A stretch of DNA of 63,923 nucleotides, counting the filler, from Saprolegnia diclina VS20 (lineage: Eukaryota), in the NCBI RefSeq assembly GCF_000281045.1. It is 12 parts of 4 records of this genome, joined end to end, with 100 filler letters (N's around TTAATTAATTAA, not from the genome) between each part and the next. Parts side by side here need not be neighbours in the genome. Positions count along the whole stretch, not along the records: positions 31,954 to 51,048 come from NW_008246147.1; 11 more parts are not named here. One strand, given 5' to 3'. A program made the position numbers and the translations under genes. Positions 34,113 to 47,100 of the stretch are shown piece by piece. Numbering within the stretch: the stretch's first letter is position 1; every line of letters starts with the position of its first letter. The notes under the pieces were generated by a model that worked only from the letters and a program-made list of their open reading frames with translations, was not told the DNA's origin and searched no databases.

Positions 34113-36270
34113 TTAGATGCAGCGGCCGACTTCTTCGATTTCAATTTCTGCGATACGTCCTTTGCGCGCCCGTTTGAGGACCTTGAACTGCGTGCCGGGC
34201 GCGAGGAGGCACTCCTTTTCATTCGGGTACATGGAGAGCACTGAGATGTCCATCGCCGTCGTGCACCGAACGCTCAGGAGCGTGCAGCTGCCACCGCAAC
34301 TGTTCATGAAGCCACGGGCCACGTTCTCGTCCGACGTCGTGCTGCTGACGCCCCACCACGTAATGACCTTGCCTTCCTCGTATTGGTCGAAAAGGTCGAC
34401 GCTGATCTACACCAGAGGTCTATGAGCCTCCGTGATACATAGACACGTGTATGTACCCCACGCCAGAGCACTTGCGACTTCTTGGGCATGTAGTTCATGG
34501 CCTCCATAAAGAGGCGCAGATACTTGAAATAGCGCTTGACCGCTGCCCGGTTCTCCGATCTGCACAAATGTGAGTGAAATAAGTAATCACTTGTAGCAGG
34601 GACATACCGGAGGGCATTGTTGAGCTCCGCGTAGATCCAGTTGCCCGTGTACAGCACGATCGAGCCATAGAGGTCCTAGCACAATTCAACTGTGAGCCAC
34701 AGAGCCCTATCGCATATGGACGACGCACCTTGTCCATGGGCTTGACCGGCGCACCAGCGTTCGATACCACGAGCTGTTGGCCCCGGCTTTGGCACTGCTT
34801 GACGGCGCTCGCGTGACAAATACCGGCGGCCGCAATCCCGAGGTTCTCGGGCTTCGGTAAGTCCATAAGCCCTTCAATCGGCGCCAAGTGCGTCTGCTCT
34901 TCCATGTCATCAAAGCCCATGCGCAGCCAAAAGTCTAAAGCATCGCCGACATGAGAGAGAAGTCAACCAGCAAGTGGCCGCGTACCAAGGAGCGCTTCCT
35001 TTTCTTCGACGAGCGCGAGCGTGTTGAGCGGTGGCGGTCGTTGCCGGCCCGACAACGTCGGAACCAGCGAGTAGTACTGCCCCGAGAGCTGCGTAATGAG
35101 CGCAGACGATGGCTTTCCCGTCAACGACGTCTTGAGCTGGGCAAGGACCGCCTGGCCCTTCTCAATCTGTGCCGCCGACAGCTTGCCCATGGCCGCATCC
35201 GAGTCGCCGCCACCTATTACACGCTTTCTGTAGGAAGACAAAAGGAATTTGGGCTGCGTACCGTCGCCCGTCTCGGACGCGTCGAGCTCGACGAGTTGGT
35301 ACTGCAGGTCGTACTTGACAAACGCATGGCGCTGGTGCCAGTCGTTCTTGGTCTTGTCGCGGAACTTCTTCTCAAAGAGCGCAATCGCCTTGTCGACGTC
35401 GCGCCCAAAGCCCTTGAGGTTTTGCTGGCCGGCCTCGCCGAGGCGGCCCCAGCGCGTAAAGACGTGGAAGGTCGAGTCGGCCGTCGCTTGGAGCAGCTGG
35501 ATGATGTAAAACTTGTTGTTGTTGTGGCCAATGTTGGTCTGCATGAGGTCCGTCGAGTAGTCGTCGAAAATCTCAAACTTTTCGCGCGTTGACAAGTGCT
35601 TGTCGGGCCGACGCGCGCCGCGACGTTCGCCCAAGGCCGGCGGGGGATCGCTCGTCTCACCCTTGACGGCCTCAGGCTTGACCTCTTCCGCTTTAGGCTT
35701 CTTTGCGGGCGGAGCAGCTTCGTCCTTGGCCGCGCGCTTCTTCTTGGCCGCTGGCTTTTCTTCAAACTCGTCCTTCACGACCACCGACGCGGGCGCGGCG
35801 CCCGAGAGCGCAGCCACGAGCTGCGCTTCGGTCCAGATGACTACCCCTTGCGCAGCCGCGGTCTGTGTCTTCTTGCCTTCGGTACCGTCCGCTGCAACGA
35901 GGATCGACGTCTTCTTCGTGACCGTCGACGACACGGTTCCGCCGGCCTCGACGATTTGCGCAGTCGCGTCCGCCCGGGTCATGGTCGCGAGCTTCCCCGA
36001 GAGCGCGACGACCTGGCCCTCCAATGCCGAGGCCGCCTTTCCGTCCAGCGCCTGGACAAGAGCATCTTCCATACAGATCTTGATTCCGGCAGCGACCGCG
36101 TCCTTGTACTTCTTGCTCTCGTCGCCCGCGGTCGTCACGAGGAGCGTCGTCGCCTTGGTCACCGAGGACGAGACCGACCCGCCCGCGGCCTGGATGCGCT
36201 TGGTGGCCTCGGCCCGGGTCATCGTCTCGAACTTGCCCGAGAGCGCGACTACTTCACCGGTCAATGGCAT
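34113..36270 (-). CDS. BRCT-BRCT-WGR-PARP regulatory domain fused to an R-S-E (ARTC-type) mono-ADP-ribosyltransferase; 6 exons
   Basis: Canonical introns at 35214-35261, 34935-34985, 34676-34728, 34560-34607 and 34407-34456 give one open frame. WGR: NNNKFYIIQLL..TRWGR..FEKKFRDKTKNDW. Helical domain: GKLSAAQI..LSGQYYSLVP..RPPPL. ART: LYTGNWIYAELNNALR..LWRG..WWGVSSTTS..YPNEKECLLAPGTQFKV. Confidence 0.88.
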
Positions 36271-36849
36271 CTTCGTGCTCGCTCCTCGCCCAAAATGGAA
36301 ATATCCTGGCAAACCCGCCGTTGGATTACCTCCGTGAATCGGTTATCCTAGCCGGTTAGTCGACTACAAACCCCAGTATACGGTACCAGATGGCGTCGAA
36401 ACGACTACGTGAGTGAATGTCGTTGTGAGTGGGGGTCCCCTGATGTATACATGATTTGTTTAAAACGCTGTTTGAAACAGACGTTTGATACGCACGATAA
36501 AGATGTACTTGTATTTTGTAGGGTTTAATTTTGTTTAAAAGAAATGTGTTTCAAACACAGTGCATTCTGGGGATCTGTAGGAATAAAACAGCGCACTCTG
36601 GGCTTGGTGCCACCCATCGATAATCGCGCAGTCGTCGACGGCAGACAGGACAATTCTTGTCTCGGCGCTGTGTACTGTCGCCGCCTTCAGTGACAGTAGT
36701 ACGATCTCGTACGAAGTTGGCCCACCACTGCAGACTCGATTTCTCAATGTATGTCAACGCCGTTGACACCTACATAGCCCGTTGACTACTCAACGGCTTA
36801 CGTCGAGGAGCCCGCGCAGGGTCAATGGTCCGTGCAGTGACAGGTCGCA

Positions 36850-39124
36850 TGATGGCTGTGGCCTCGGCATTGCCCGGGGGAATGCTAACAGCGCAACTAG
36901 AGCATACTAGAATGAGGTGGGCAGGAGCAACGGTAATCACTCTCAAAGATTCCGGCGTCCAACATGCGGTGGCGCGTGGTGGCCAATTCCTTTCTCCTTG
37001 CGTCCGGCAGCCACGTACTGCCAGATGCGCCTGCGCGGCGCGATGCGGCGGCGATGCTGCAAGCCACAATGGCGATGGCGCGCGGCGACCTGTGGTCCGC
37101 ATACCAAGCAACCGCGCTGATGCAGCGACCACATGCATCGACGCGAACTCGGCGCCCTGCCTGGGTCAGCTCTTTGTGCGTGGGCGCGTGTGGGTCACAT
37201 TCGACCTGCCAGCGTCGGGATACCAGGCCATGGAAGCAGCCGTGCGCGCAACGGGCGGCTGGCACGAGGCGCTGGCCAGCGCTGCCATACCACGCTGTCA
37301 CTATGCAATGACGCGATGAACGTACGTACTCTTGCATGTGCGTGCATACACGTATACGCGTGGCTAGGCCGCGGCGAGTGTCGAGCAGCAGCTCGGAGGG
37401 GCGGCGTCGACGTTTGTTCAGCTCAAAGAGCTCTATTCGCACCTTGCTACAACACCATGCGCGCCGTCTCTGGTGGTGCGGTTCTAGCCGCCAATGGCTT
37501 CAAGCGCGAGGCCATCGACGCGAATACCCGAGTGTTGGCAATGGACCCGAAATGTACACCAGCGATTACAGCGACCCATGACCTGGCGACGGCAACGACG
37601 ACGATGCGAGTGGCACCAACCAGCTTCCCCGAACTCGGACAGCTTCGGACCGCGATCGTACACGCGCACGCACAGGGTCGCCTGCAGGAGGCGGTAGCTC
37701 TCAACTGCATTGCGCTCTTGCTGTCGCCGCAAGACGGGACTACGCATACCAACGCCGGTGCCTTCTACTACGAGGTGCAGCGAAGTATACCATCCTCCCT
37801 CACGTCACTTGCATCTTGGGCGCGACGACGCCGCCCGGCGCCACCTGCTGCATGCGATTGTCATCCACGCAACGTCCACGCGCTCAACAACTTGGCCGTA
37901 CGACGGATGCGACGGCTCACTCATACCGGTAGGCTGTCGACGAGCGTATGGGGCAAGTCGATGCGGCACTGCAGACGTACGCATCGGCTGTTGCCTTGGC
38001 CCCGAGTACGCGCTCGGTCTCTACAACTATGGTACCGCGCTGTTAAAGCGGCGGGCGTGGCACGACGTTGTCTCCCTCTTCTGGCAACGGCTGGGCTTCC
38101 GCAATCATGTTGCCCAAGTGCCGTCCATGCTGGGGATACAAGCGCTGGTACATGTGCTCTTGCTGGACACGATGCCGACGCCCGTTGCCGACTGCACCCA
38201 ACGACTGCTCTGCGAGAAGTACGGCGTGCATTTTGCACCCAACTCGACACTGGGCGCGTTGGCTGACGCCACAGCGGCCTGCGAGCGCAGTATGAATGTG
38301 ACGGCGATCGCCGTGGGCCACGTACGTGGTAGATCGCTATGGTATAGCTCGCATCCCAGCCATCAAAAACTAGACGCTCGGCGACGTCTTGGACCATGTT
38401 CGTCGGTGCGCATCCGTCGAGCCACCACAACTCGAATCTGTCCATCTCATCGTGCAGTACTTTTCGGCGTCTTCGCCGGCGCGCCAGGCCGAGTTGCCAT
38501 TTTACACTGGAATCTGCACAATCCTGCTTTGGCAGCCGTCCATATCCGCGTCGGGCACGAGGTCGAGACCGACCGTCTACTTGCATCGGTGACCCCAACA
38601 ACCAAGCTGCGCATGTATGTGCTCGGCTATCGTTTCAAGGTGCGTTTGCCCATGCCAACGCACAGGACGACAGCAGTGTCGTCTGGCTGCTGGCCAACGC
38701 CGATGTGGACTTTGATGCGTCCGTGGCGATACTGCAGCGGACGACGGCGCACGGAGGTTAGGAATACACCTCATTTACACATCTCATGAGAGATTAGGTC
38801 GTCGCGATGGGAGCGAGAAGCCAGCAACAGTGTTCTCTTGTACCCGCGCGTTGATTCACAGGACGCTTGGGTGTTCCGTGCACCGATTTCTGCTGTCGAC
38901 ATGGCAGTACCGCTGGGCTACCCGCGCTCCGACTCGCATGCGGCTCACCGGTTGCGCCAACTGGGCTACGACGTGGTCAACTGGGGCCGCTACGTACGCG
39001 CTATGCACGTGCACGCCAGTAGCAGCCGGTCGTACGCCGAGGCCGACACCATCCGGGGAGCGGACGCGTACGTGCGGCTCGCACCGTCGCTGCCATCCAA
39101 CTCGAAACAACAGCAAAGATAAAC
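36850..39124 (+). CDS. Multi-exon TPR-repeat protein with C-terminal glycosyltransferase-like domain (possibly degenerate)
   Basis: TPR-like segments HAQGRLQEAV..P...HTNAG, HALNNLA and PEYALGLYNYGTAL. C-terminal LIVQYF..RQAE, LLANADVDFD, SRWE, DSQDAWVF, LGYPRSD and HVHAS. Exon structure unresolved; frameshifts possible. Confidence 0.5.
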
Positions 39125-41008
39125 ATAGCATGGCAGAGAGAGTCGGATCACGTCGGTGCTGTCGGCTGCGGGAGGTGATGGGCACGAGCGACGAGGCGGC
39201 GTCTCTTGGGTGTCTACCCTGCATGATACTTGCACTAATCTTTGGCACCAGTACCGGTACTAGTTGGCACTGAACTTGATGAGGTTGCACGTACCATCTG
39301 TCGTGGCCCTTGGTCGTCCCGCATAGACGGACGGCCGTGGTGCGTCGTTCGGACAAGTTCTGTCGCGGGTCGCTCGGTACGTTGGCCCGCCTCTCGAGGC
39401 AGACAAGGCTTCGTACGTTGTTGAAGATGACACCGGTGGGCGTCACGGGATCGTGGCGGCTGGAGGCTCATCACGAACAAACTGGTCGGACGGAAAAGGA
39501 GCGAATCCTTGGCCCAGTCACACGAACGCGGTGTGCGCGCGTCGCAATGCAGAAGCTTCTTCCTTCGATGAGCGTCGTTTAGTAGATTGGTGGCTCCACC
39601 AAATTGGAATCGCACACGTCTGTGGGACACGGCGTGTCCGATCAGGATAACGAGGCTGGTGCACATATCAGATCTGATGCTTTCGAATGGGTGGTTGGCC
39701 AGAGTGCACCGTTGGAACTCGTCGACCAGAACCTAGCTGGCAGCTGATTCGCGCGGTGGTACGGCGCTTGATGACGAAGTCGCTAGCAGCTGCGGTTGAA
39801 AGCCGCGTGCATAGCACGCGCGTGTATTCCGAGGGACGAGCACGCACCAAGGACAACCAATATGATTGCTATTTCGACAACTATGACTAGGGAAAAGCTG
39901 TTCCACGGGATGGCAGCTTGTACGTAGACACTTGGGGCGCTGGTTTGTTCTAAGCACCAGAGCGGGTCGTGCACCAATTCTGGCAAGCAAGCAAGCCGGT
40001 GGGAGGATAGTAGCAAGAACTTTGTTTCGTGCAAGAACCGCTGTTTGCTCAATCACGACAACGCCGGTAGTATCTCTGATACCACAAGTATCTACCGGCA
40101 AGCGACTTTGGCGACGAGGCTCGCACAGTTGGACGTTGCTTCTTCTTCGTCGCATGTGACCAATCGTGTAGCCATACCGACTGTAGGACATCGTCCGACA
40201 TCAGCCCTTCGTATAGTAACTCAGCACGTAGTAGGTTGGACGTCATCGTGCCGCGGCCATGACGCCGTTGTCAACCAAACACGTTGATGTATACGGCCGC
40301 ATCCCAATCCCGACCGCAACGAAGGGAGGGTCGTCGAATTCGTGCACGAGCTTTCGGCTTCTGGTGATGCCAGCCATGTCCCAGGCATGCCGGGCCTCTG
40401 CTTGCAAGCTGCTCGCGTTGGCATTTGGGAGTGAAGTGCCATGCATTGTAAAGAGGAGGATGGAAAAATCCGTGTACCAATCGCGTTTGCTTGGCGTAAT
40501 CCTCGCACGTCCTGGCCAGCCCCCTCCTTGGACGGGGCTCGGGCGACGCCCTATATTTTTCGCACAAGTTCACGTTTGGTGGGCATAATCTCGCCTCCAC
40601 GAGCTCCAGCAAGGCGCGCAACCCGCTCAACCTAATATACATGTGTATACGTAGTATACCTGGTACTGTATACATAAATGTAGGTCGAGCGATCAGAACA
40701 CAGCGTTGTCTTGCGTGCAGTGCTCGGCCGCGTATGATTCGCGCCATCAATTTCTCGTGGCCTCTGCGTAATGCTGTTTGTCAATCCACCTTCAAGGTTT
40801 CTGGTCCACGATGCACTGCAACCGAGCCTCCTCTGATACCGGTACGAGTGGTGGCTGTGGTGGCCGTTCTCTCGACGGCGGCGCTTGGTAGTAGAGTCCA
40901 CAGCCACGGAAGAGAGAAATGGAGGAAAAATACATCTATATTGTCAAACAGGACGGTCTACGGGGGACGAACGGGCGGCCATAAATATATTCGCGGCGCG
41001 AATCGGGT

Positions 41009-41458
41009 CTAGACTTCTTCGACGGCCACGATGGCGTCGTCGGCCGCCTTCTTGTCGTCGAGAGCGTCGAGGAGGAAGTCGAGGCAGACCGAGAGCGGCG
41101 GCATGGCGCTGGCCGGGAGGTTGGTCAGCGACAGCGTCAATCGCTGCTCTTCCTTGAGCGGCACGACGTCGAAGGCCTCTTCCTTGGGCGCGAGCGCGCT
41201 CAGAATCTCGTGCCGGATCATGTGCTTGTTGCGGAGACCGCGCTGGCGACGCGCGAGCTTCTCGCGGTACTTTTGCGCGTGCGTTTGCGTCTGGCGCACG
41301 GTGCGCGTCTTGACAATGTCGGCGATGCTCTTCCACGGCCCCTTGGGGTACACCTCCATCGCGGCGAGGAACCGCTCGTGCTCGGCTTTGGTCCACGCGC
41401 CTTGGCCCTCGACGGGCTTCCACCCGCTCTCAAAGTCGTGGCTCGATACGATCAGCAT
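41009..41458 (-). CDS. SHAQKYF-class single-repeat Myb transcription factor
   Basis: GAWTKAEHERFLAAMEVYPKGPWKSIADIVKTRTVRQTQTHAQKYREK. ATG at 41458. Confidence 0.92.
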   Translation of the reverse strand: MLIVSSHDFESGWKPVEGQGAWTKAEHERFLAAMEVYPKGPWKSIADIVKTRTVRQTQTHAQKYREKLARRQRGLRNKHMIRHEILSALAPKEEAFDVVPLKEEQRLTLSLTNLPASAMPPLSVCLDFLLDALDDKKAADDAIVAVEEV

Positions 41459-44189
41459 GGCGTCCGAGGGCTTGCGCGAGATGGTTTGCTCGACACTTGT
41501 GACGCACAAGTGCAAAGTGGGAATGATGCACTGGACGACTCTAAAATCTGTACCGTGTCCGCGACACGGCGGCTCGAACATGTCTGTAGAAGGCTTTGCG
41601 GCGACCAGATGGACGTCGCCAGCTGTCTTCGAGTGGGCCTGCGATACGTCCGCCATGTGGCAATGGACTCTATCACGGTCGTTGGGCCGACACGCGACCG
41701 ACTGGGACATACCACGTGGGGCAAACGACGAAGTCGCCGCCGATCCAAGCCAGCACCCCACGTGTGAGCTGCGCTCGATCGGCTCGGATCGGCGATACAA
41801 GATGTAGAATCTGTATTGGCGGGAGCTACTCGTACGAATATGAGCAAACAGCGACTGTCGCCAGCGTGAAGCTGACGCGTCGTACTCGGAAGACGAAGTA
41901 AATGTCATACAACAGTGATTGGGCTGCAAGTCTAGGCAGCAACGACGCCTCCACGCCGTGCTCTCTGGATCTATATGGATCTGCTACCTGCGAGTCATAG
42001 TGTACTCTCAGAGGCGCGGGCAGGACAACGTGCTGCGTCCAAGCCTACGACAACTCGGTTGTTCTTTTCTGCTCTCTCAGAGAGCGGCGTGACGCGCCGT
42101 CGCCGCCGCGTTGCCGACAAAACGCGTGCGCGGAATGATCTAACTCTTGCGCGGTGGCGTTGAAGTATGGGCTTGAACGCACCGTGTTCTTCTCGCCTGG
42201 CTTGGCGGTGGTTCAGGCGTCATCATCCTTCTGGACAGCCACCCACGACGCTGCTTGGTCTGGCACGAGTGCGCGCTGACGCAACCGTCCTAGCTCGTAG
42301 GGATGCCCCTCTGCAACGTGGATCGCCTCTTGCACGTCCCATCGCCTTGTGCTATCACCTCGGCAACGGCGTAAACGCATGTACGGTGGAGTATATCCCA
42401 GAGTATATCCCACGTTGAATAGGTTTAGCCCAATGTCCCAGGAACGTGGGACAGAGGAAATATATGTGCACCTCCATGATACCGGACGTGTCAGCCCGAC
42501 GCAGTAGCGATGATTTATGTGAACCCCACATGGCAACTAGAATAATCGTGCAAAAAAAGCTTAGTTTGTATCGCAAGCACCTGGTGCGTCGATCGTCTGA
42601 TTCATTGAGGCGCGCGGTCGAACTGTACATACTACGCTCAAGCTCGAAAACGCGCCAAGTTGCCCCACGAGTAGCTTCTCGCGAGCAGAGACAAAGGCAG
42701 GGGGATGGGTCGAAAAGCGATGTTCTATTGGATAGGCAAGCGATGGGCAAGGCGTACTACACTAGGAGTAGCCTGTGCATGCACAAGGTGATTTGTGCGC
42801 CGAGGTGGTAGGTGCACTCAATACTAGATCCCTTGCGGCACGAGGGCGGCGGCGCTCCAAGCAGAGACTGCAAATACACGCAGCAACGCATCACAGGGCG
42901 GATTCAGCGACTGCAGCTGGGCTATCGTCGGTCGAGAACACTCCGAGTCGCGTCACTGGGCTGAGAAAAGGTAGAAACAGATGCGATACTAAACCGTCCA
43001 TGTGCTATGTGTACCATCTCGGGTCGTCACCTACGAAACAGACGTCGTGGGTTCTTTTCTTTTGGGTCGCATGGGCGGGTAGTTGTCCAATAATGTCAAG
43101 CCGCGTTGCGTAATCCTTGACGTCGATTGCGCTCGCAAGCATTTTGAGATGCGCCTAGTGCACTTTGCACTTTGCAGTTTGGGATCTCGAATTAGGTCCC
43201 AGGCGCCGCGCAAATCAGATGCACTAAGAACGTAGCGTACGAGCCACGGCGTCTGTTTGCATACATGGCGTTTCGTGTGCGTGGCCGTCACACCGGTCGT
43301 CCAAGCTTGCCCATTGCAAATCTGATCATGTTGTCTCTGCAGCTGGCGCTGCCACGTGGAGAGGCATCCCACGGCCATTCCGATGGTGGTGGTGCTGGAT
43401 CGACTGGCTTTCGACGTGGCGTTCGTAGCGCCCCTGCGGCAACATGTCTTTGCACACGAGCCACTCTGCGCACGTGACGAAGGTCCTGCCTATGCGTGGT
43501 GGTTTCTGCGCTGCGAAAGGCGAGTTGGAGCTTGAAGACGGCCGCCCATCGCCTTCCTTTGACCGTGCTACTATCAGTGCTTTCTGGACCGACCAACTTT
43601 GGACATTTCGAGCATCGTGGGACCAGAGCGTTCGTCAGGCGTTGCAAAGGCCGCACCCGCGTTTGCTTCAAGCTGACATCAACCGGCTTCGGTGTCGACG
43701 CAGCGTGCGACGACAACGATGCGCTACGACATCCAGTGCAAGCATCGAAACCTGCGACGCGCAACCACCGACAAATCCCTGCAGCCCCGATGACACCGCT
43801 TTTGCCCAGGCCACTATCACATGTCTCTGTCGGCATGACAAGGTTGAGGTTGAGCGCTCAACAATTATTGATCGGCCGCGTTCTTCCAAGCTTGGGTTCT
43901 TTTTTCATCCACACCAAGCGTATTAGCTGCAGAATGCGCTGTATCCTTGGCGCAGGTGCCTCCTGGTCCCGTCGGCGCGGGCGGAGATTCGCGTCCATGG
44001 CGCCGCCACCACCGTGTCCACGAGCCTCGTTGTCCTGGCACACGCCGCCAAAGACAAGGACCCCAACCGCCGTTGCAGCTGGCGTTGTACCCCTCATCCT
44101 CCGTGGTTCCGTGGTGTTGGAGAAATGCACACGTTGATGTACAGTACTCAATTTGTATTCATGAAGACTGCAACTGTACGCGCCTGCGA

Positions 44190-47100
44190 CTACTCTGCAG
44201 CGTGGCCGCCGACGAGGTGGGAAAGGAGGCCGTCGGGGTTGGCGAGCAGCGTCGACGGCGGGCCAAATTCAGCAACGGCGCCGGCGTCCAACACGAGCAT
44301 GACGTCCGCGTCGAGCACCGTGTTGAGCCGGTGGGCGATCGTGAGGCACGTGCAGTCGGCAAAGACGTCGCGAATCGTTGCTTGCAGGCGACGGTCCGTC
44401 GCAGGGTCCACGGACGCGGTCGCTTCGTCCATGACAATCACTTTCGACTGCTTGAGGAGCGCGCGGGCCATGCACAGCAGTTGCCGCTCGCCGACGCTAT
44501 AGTTGCCACCGCGCTCAGCCACGACATCGTCGAGGGACCCGACGCCGGTCAAGTGCACGGCTTTGAGCGCCGCCCAGAGGCGATCGTCCGAGTACAACTG
44601 GAGCGGGTCAAGGTTGTAGCGCAGCGAGCCTGAGAAGAGAACCGGGTCTTGGGGCACGATGGAGACGGCATCTCGGAGGCGGTGCAAAGGTACCGTGGCC
44701 ACGTCGACACCGTCGATCGTGATGCGCCCGGCGTCCACTTCAACGAGCCGCATGAGGGCGACGACGAGGCTCGACTTGCCCGCGCCTGTGCGTCCGACGA
44801 CACCGACTTTGGCGCCGCCCGGAACAGCAAACGTCACATTCTGGAGCACGAGAGGCCGTTTCGGCTGGTAGCGCAGACCGACGTTGTGGAATGCGACGGC
44901 GCCGGTCGTCGGCCACGCCGGAGGCACCGATGACCCGCCGACGGCTTCGGTGCGCACCCGCGTGTAAGCGTCCATGCGCTCGACCGCAATCATTTGCGTC
45001 TGGAGACTGCTGTAGTTGGTCACGGACTGCGTCATGTACTTGGTCATCGTAAAAGCATATGAAAGCGAGACGCCGGCAAGACCGGCAAAGAGCGCCGAGG
45101 AGCCTTGGGCGTGCACCCACACGGCGCAGAGCCCGGCAAAGGACGCGACGACGGTCCCCGCGACTTCGAGGCGCAGCGAGAGCCAGCAGTTGACGCTGAA
45201 ATTGAGCCAGAGCGCCTGCACGTTGCGGTTCACACGCGCATCAAACGTCGCTGCAAAGGCGGACTCGGCGGCAGCCGCCCGAATCGTACTCAGACCCTCA
45301 AGCGTCTCGCCAAAGAGCGAGAGCACTGGTGACTTGGAGATCGACTCGAGACGCTGGAGCTCCCGCGCCGTGTGGAGGTAGTAGCGCTGCGACTGCCAGT
45401 ACGCCCAGCCAGTGGGCAGCAGAATCACGGCAAAGAGCGGCGTCACAGCAACGATCGTCCCGACGGTAAACACGACAGTCGTCGCCGTCACCAAAAGCGC
45501 GCTCCACGTCGCTGGCAGGCTTTCGTCGGCGGTGTAGACGTCCGAGGTGAACCGGTTGGCGAGTTGGCCGAGTGGCGTCGTTTCAAAAAACAGCATCGGC
45601 GCCCGCACGACACGCAGCAGCATCGACCGGAAGAGCTCCTGGCTCCCTCGGAGACTCGCAATGTAGAGTACGGCAGCGCGACTGAAGATGCCAACGACGT
45701 ATGCCATCTGGAGGCTCACAAAGATACACAGATACAAGCGCACCGTGCTACCCGAGACGTGCTCGGACCAGTACGAGAGCCACACCGTCCCCGCAACGCT
45801 TGTCGCTTCAGCAGCCACGTACACGATGCCCACGAGAAGCAGTGTCGCCCACCCGCCACACGCGTGCAGCCAGACGCTGTAGACTGACGCGGTGACCGAC
45901 CCGCGCGTCCGGTCTTCGGCCACCATGAGTGCCGTATCACATGTCGACGCTGGCAAGGGAGCGTCGGTCGGTGCCGCCTCAACACCGATCGGCGCTGTGG
46001 TCGGTGGCGGCACGGCGTCGGCCAGCATCTTGGCTACATACGGATGTATCGCGACGTCGGTTAGCGTACCCGACGCCTGAACCATGCCGTCGGCGAGGAC
46101 GACGACCGCGTCGGCGACCGCCAGCGCACTTGATGCATTCGTCGCCAGCAAAATGAGCTTGGGCTTGAGCACACGCTGGAAGCATTCGCAAACGATGCGA
46201 GCGCCGACGTGGGCGTCAACGGCGGCGAGGACGTCGTCGAGGAGGTAGACGTCGGCGTCTTGGTACACGGCGCGCGCAAGGGCGACCCGCGTCTTTTGAC
46301 CGCCGCTGAGGTTGATGCCCTTTTCACCAATCTCGGTGCGGTCGCCGGCGGGCAGCAGCGCCAGATCGGGCGTCAAGCATGCGACGTCGATCGCTTGGTC
46401 GTACCGCGAGCGATCGTAGGGCAGACCAAAGCAAATGTTGTCGCGGACGGTCGCATTCAAAATGAACGGTTGCTGGGCGACGTAGGCCATCGCGCCGCGC
46501 TGAGCGACGGAGCCCGAGGCATAGGCGACTTCGCCCAGGACGCTGCGCAAGAGCGACGTTTTGCCCGACCCCGTGGGCCCCACGATCGCGACCAGCGTGC
46601 TTGTGCCGACCGCAAGCGACACGTTACGGAGCACGGACGTCTGCGCACCGGGCACTTCCAGTGTGGCATTTGCCCACTCTACACCGGGCGCCAACAAGCT
46701 ACCTGATGTCACGAGCACGCGGTCGGGCGACAGAAGGTAGTCGCGAAGGCGGTCGAGACTGATCTGCGCCTCGAGAATCGCGTTGACCATGTCCGGAAGC
46801 TTGAGCAGCGGAAGCCGCAAAATGTTGAAGAGCGCCAAGCTCGTCAGCGCCGTGCTCACGTCGAGCGAGTGGCCCAAAAGCACGTATAGCCCAAACGACG
46901 CGACGGCCGTGAACGCCGGGAGGCCGTTCGACATGGCGTTCGAGACGGCGCGCGTGACGAGGTACGTGCGCAGCTGGGCGAGCTCGCTCGTGCGCAGCTG
47001 GGCGAGCTCGCTCGTGCGCTTGGTTTGGATGCGACTGACAAAGCTCTCTTCCCACGCTTGGCATTTGATGACCTTGACGCCGGCAAAGACCTCGTTGCAG

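Noticed and set aside
17191..36270. ATM and the BRCT-WGR-ART gene as a DNA-damage gene cluster
   Set aside because: They lie on different contigs separated by three artificial linkers, so physical linkage is not shown.
36455..36560. Short AT-rich inverted repeats (tgtttgaaaca / tgtttcaaaca) as a MITE
   Set aside because: Arms too short, no target duplication and no second copy in the window.
39200..44150. Many short ORFs flanking the Myb gene; also searched by eye for tRNA, rRNA and CRISPR arrays across the window
   Set aside because: No coding signal or motifs I can support apart from the Myb; no RNA gene or array recognised.
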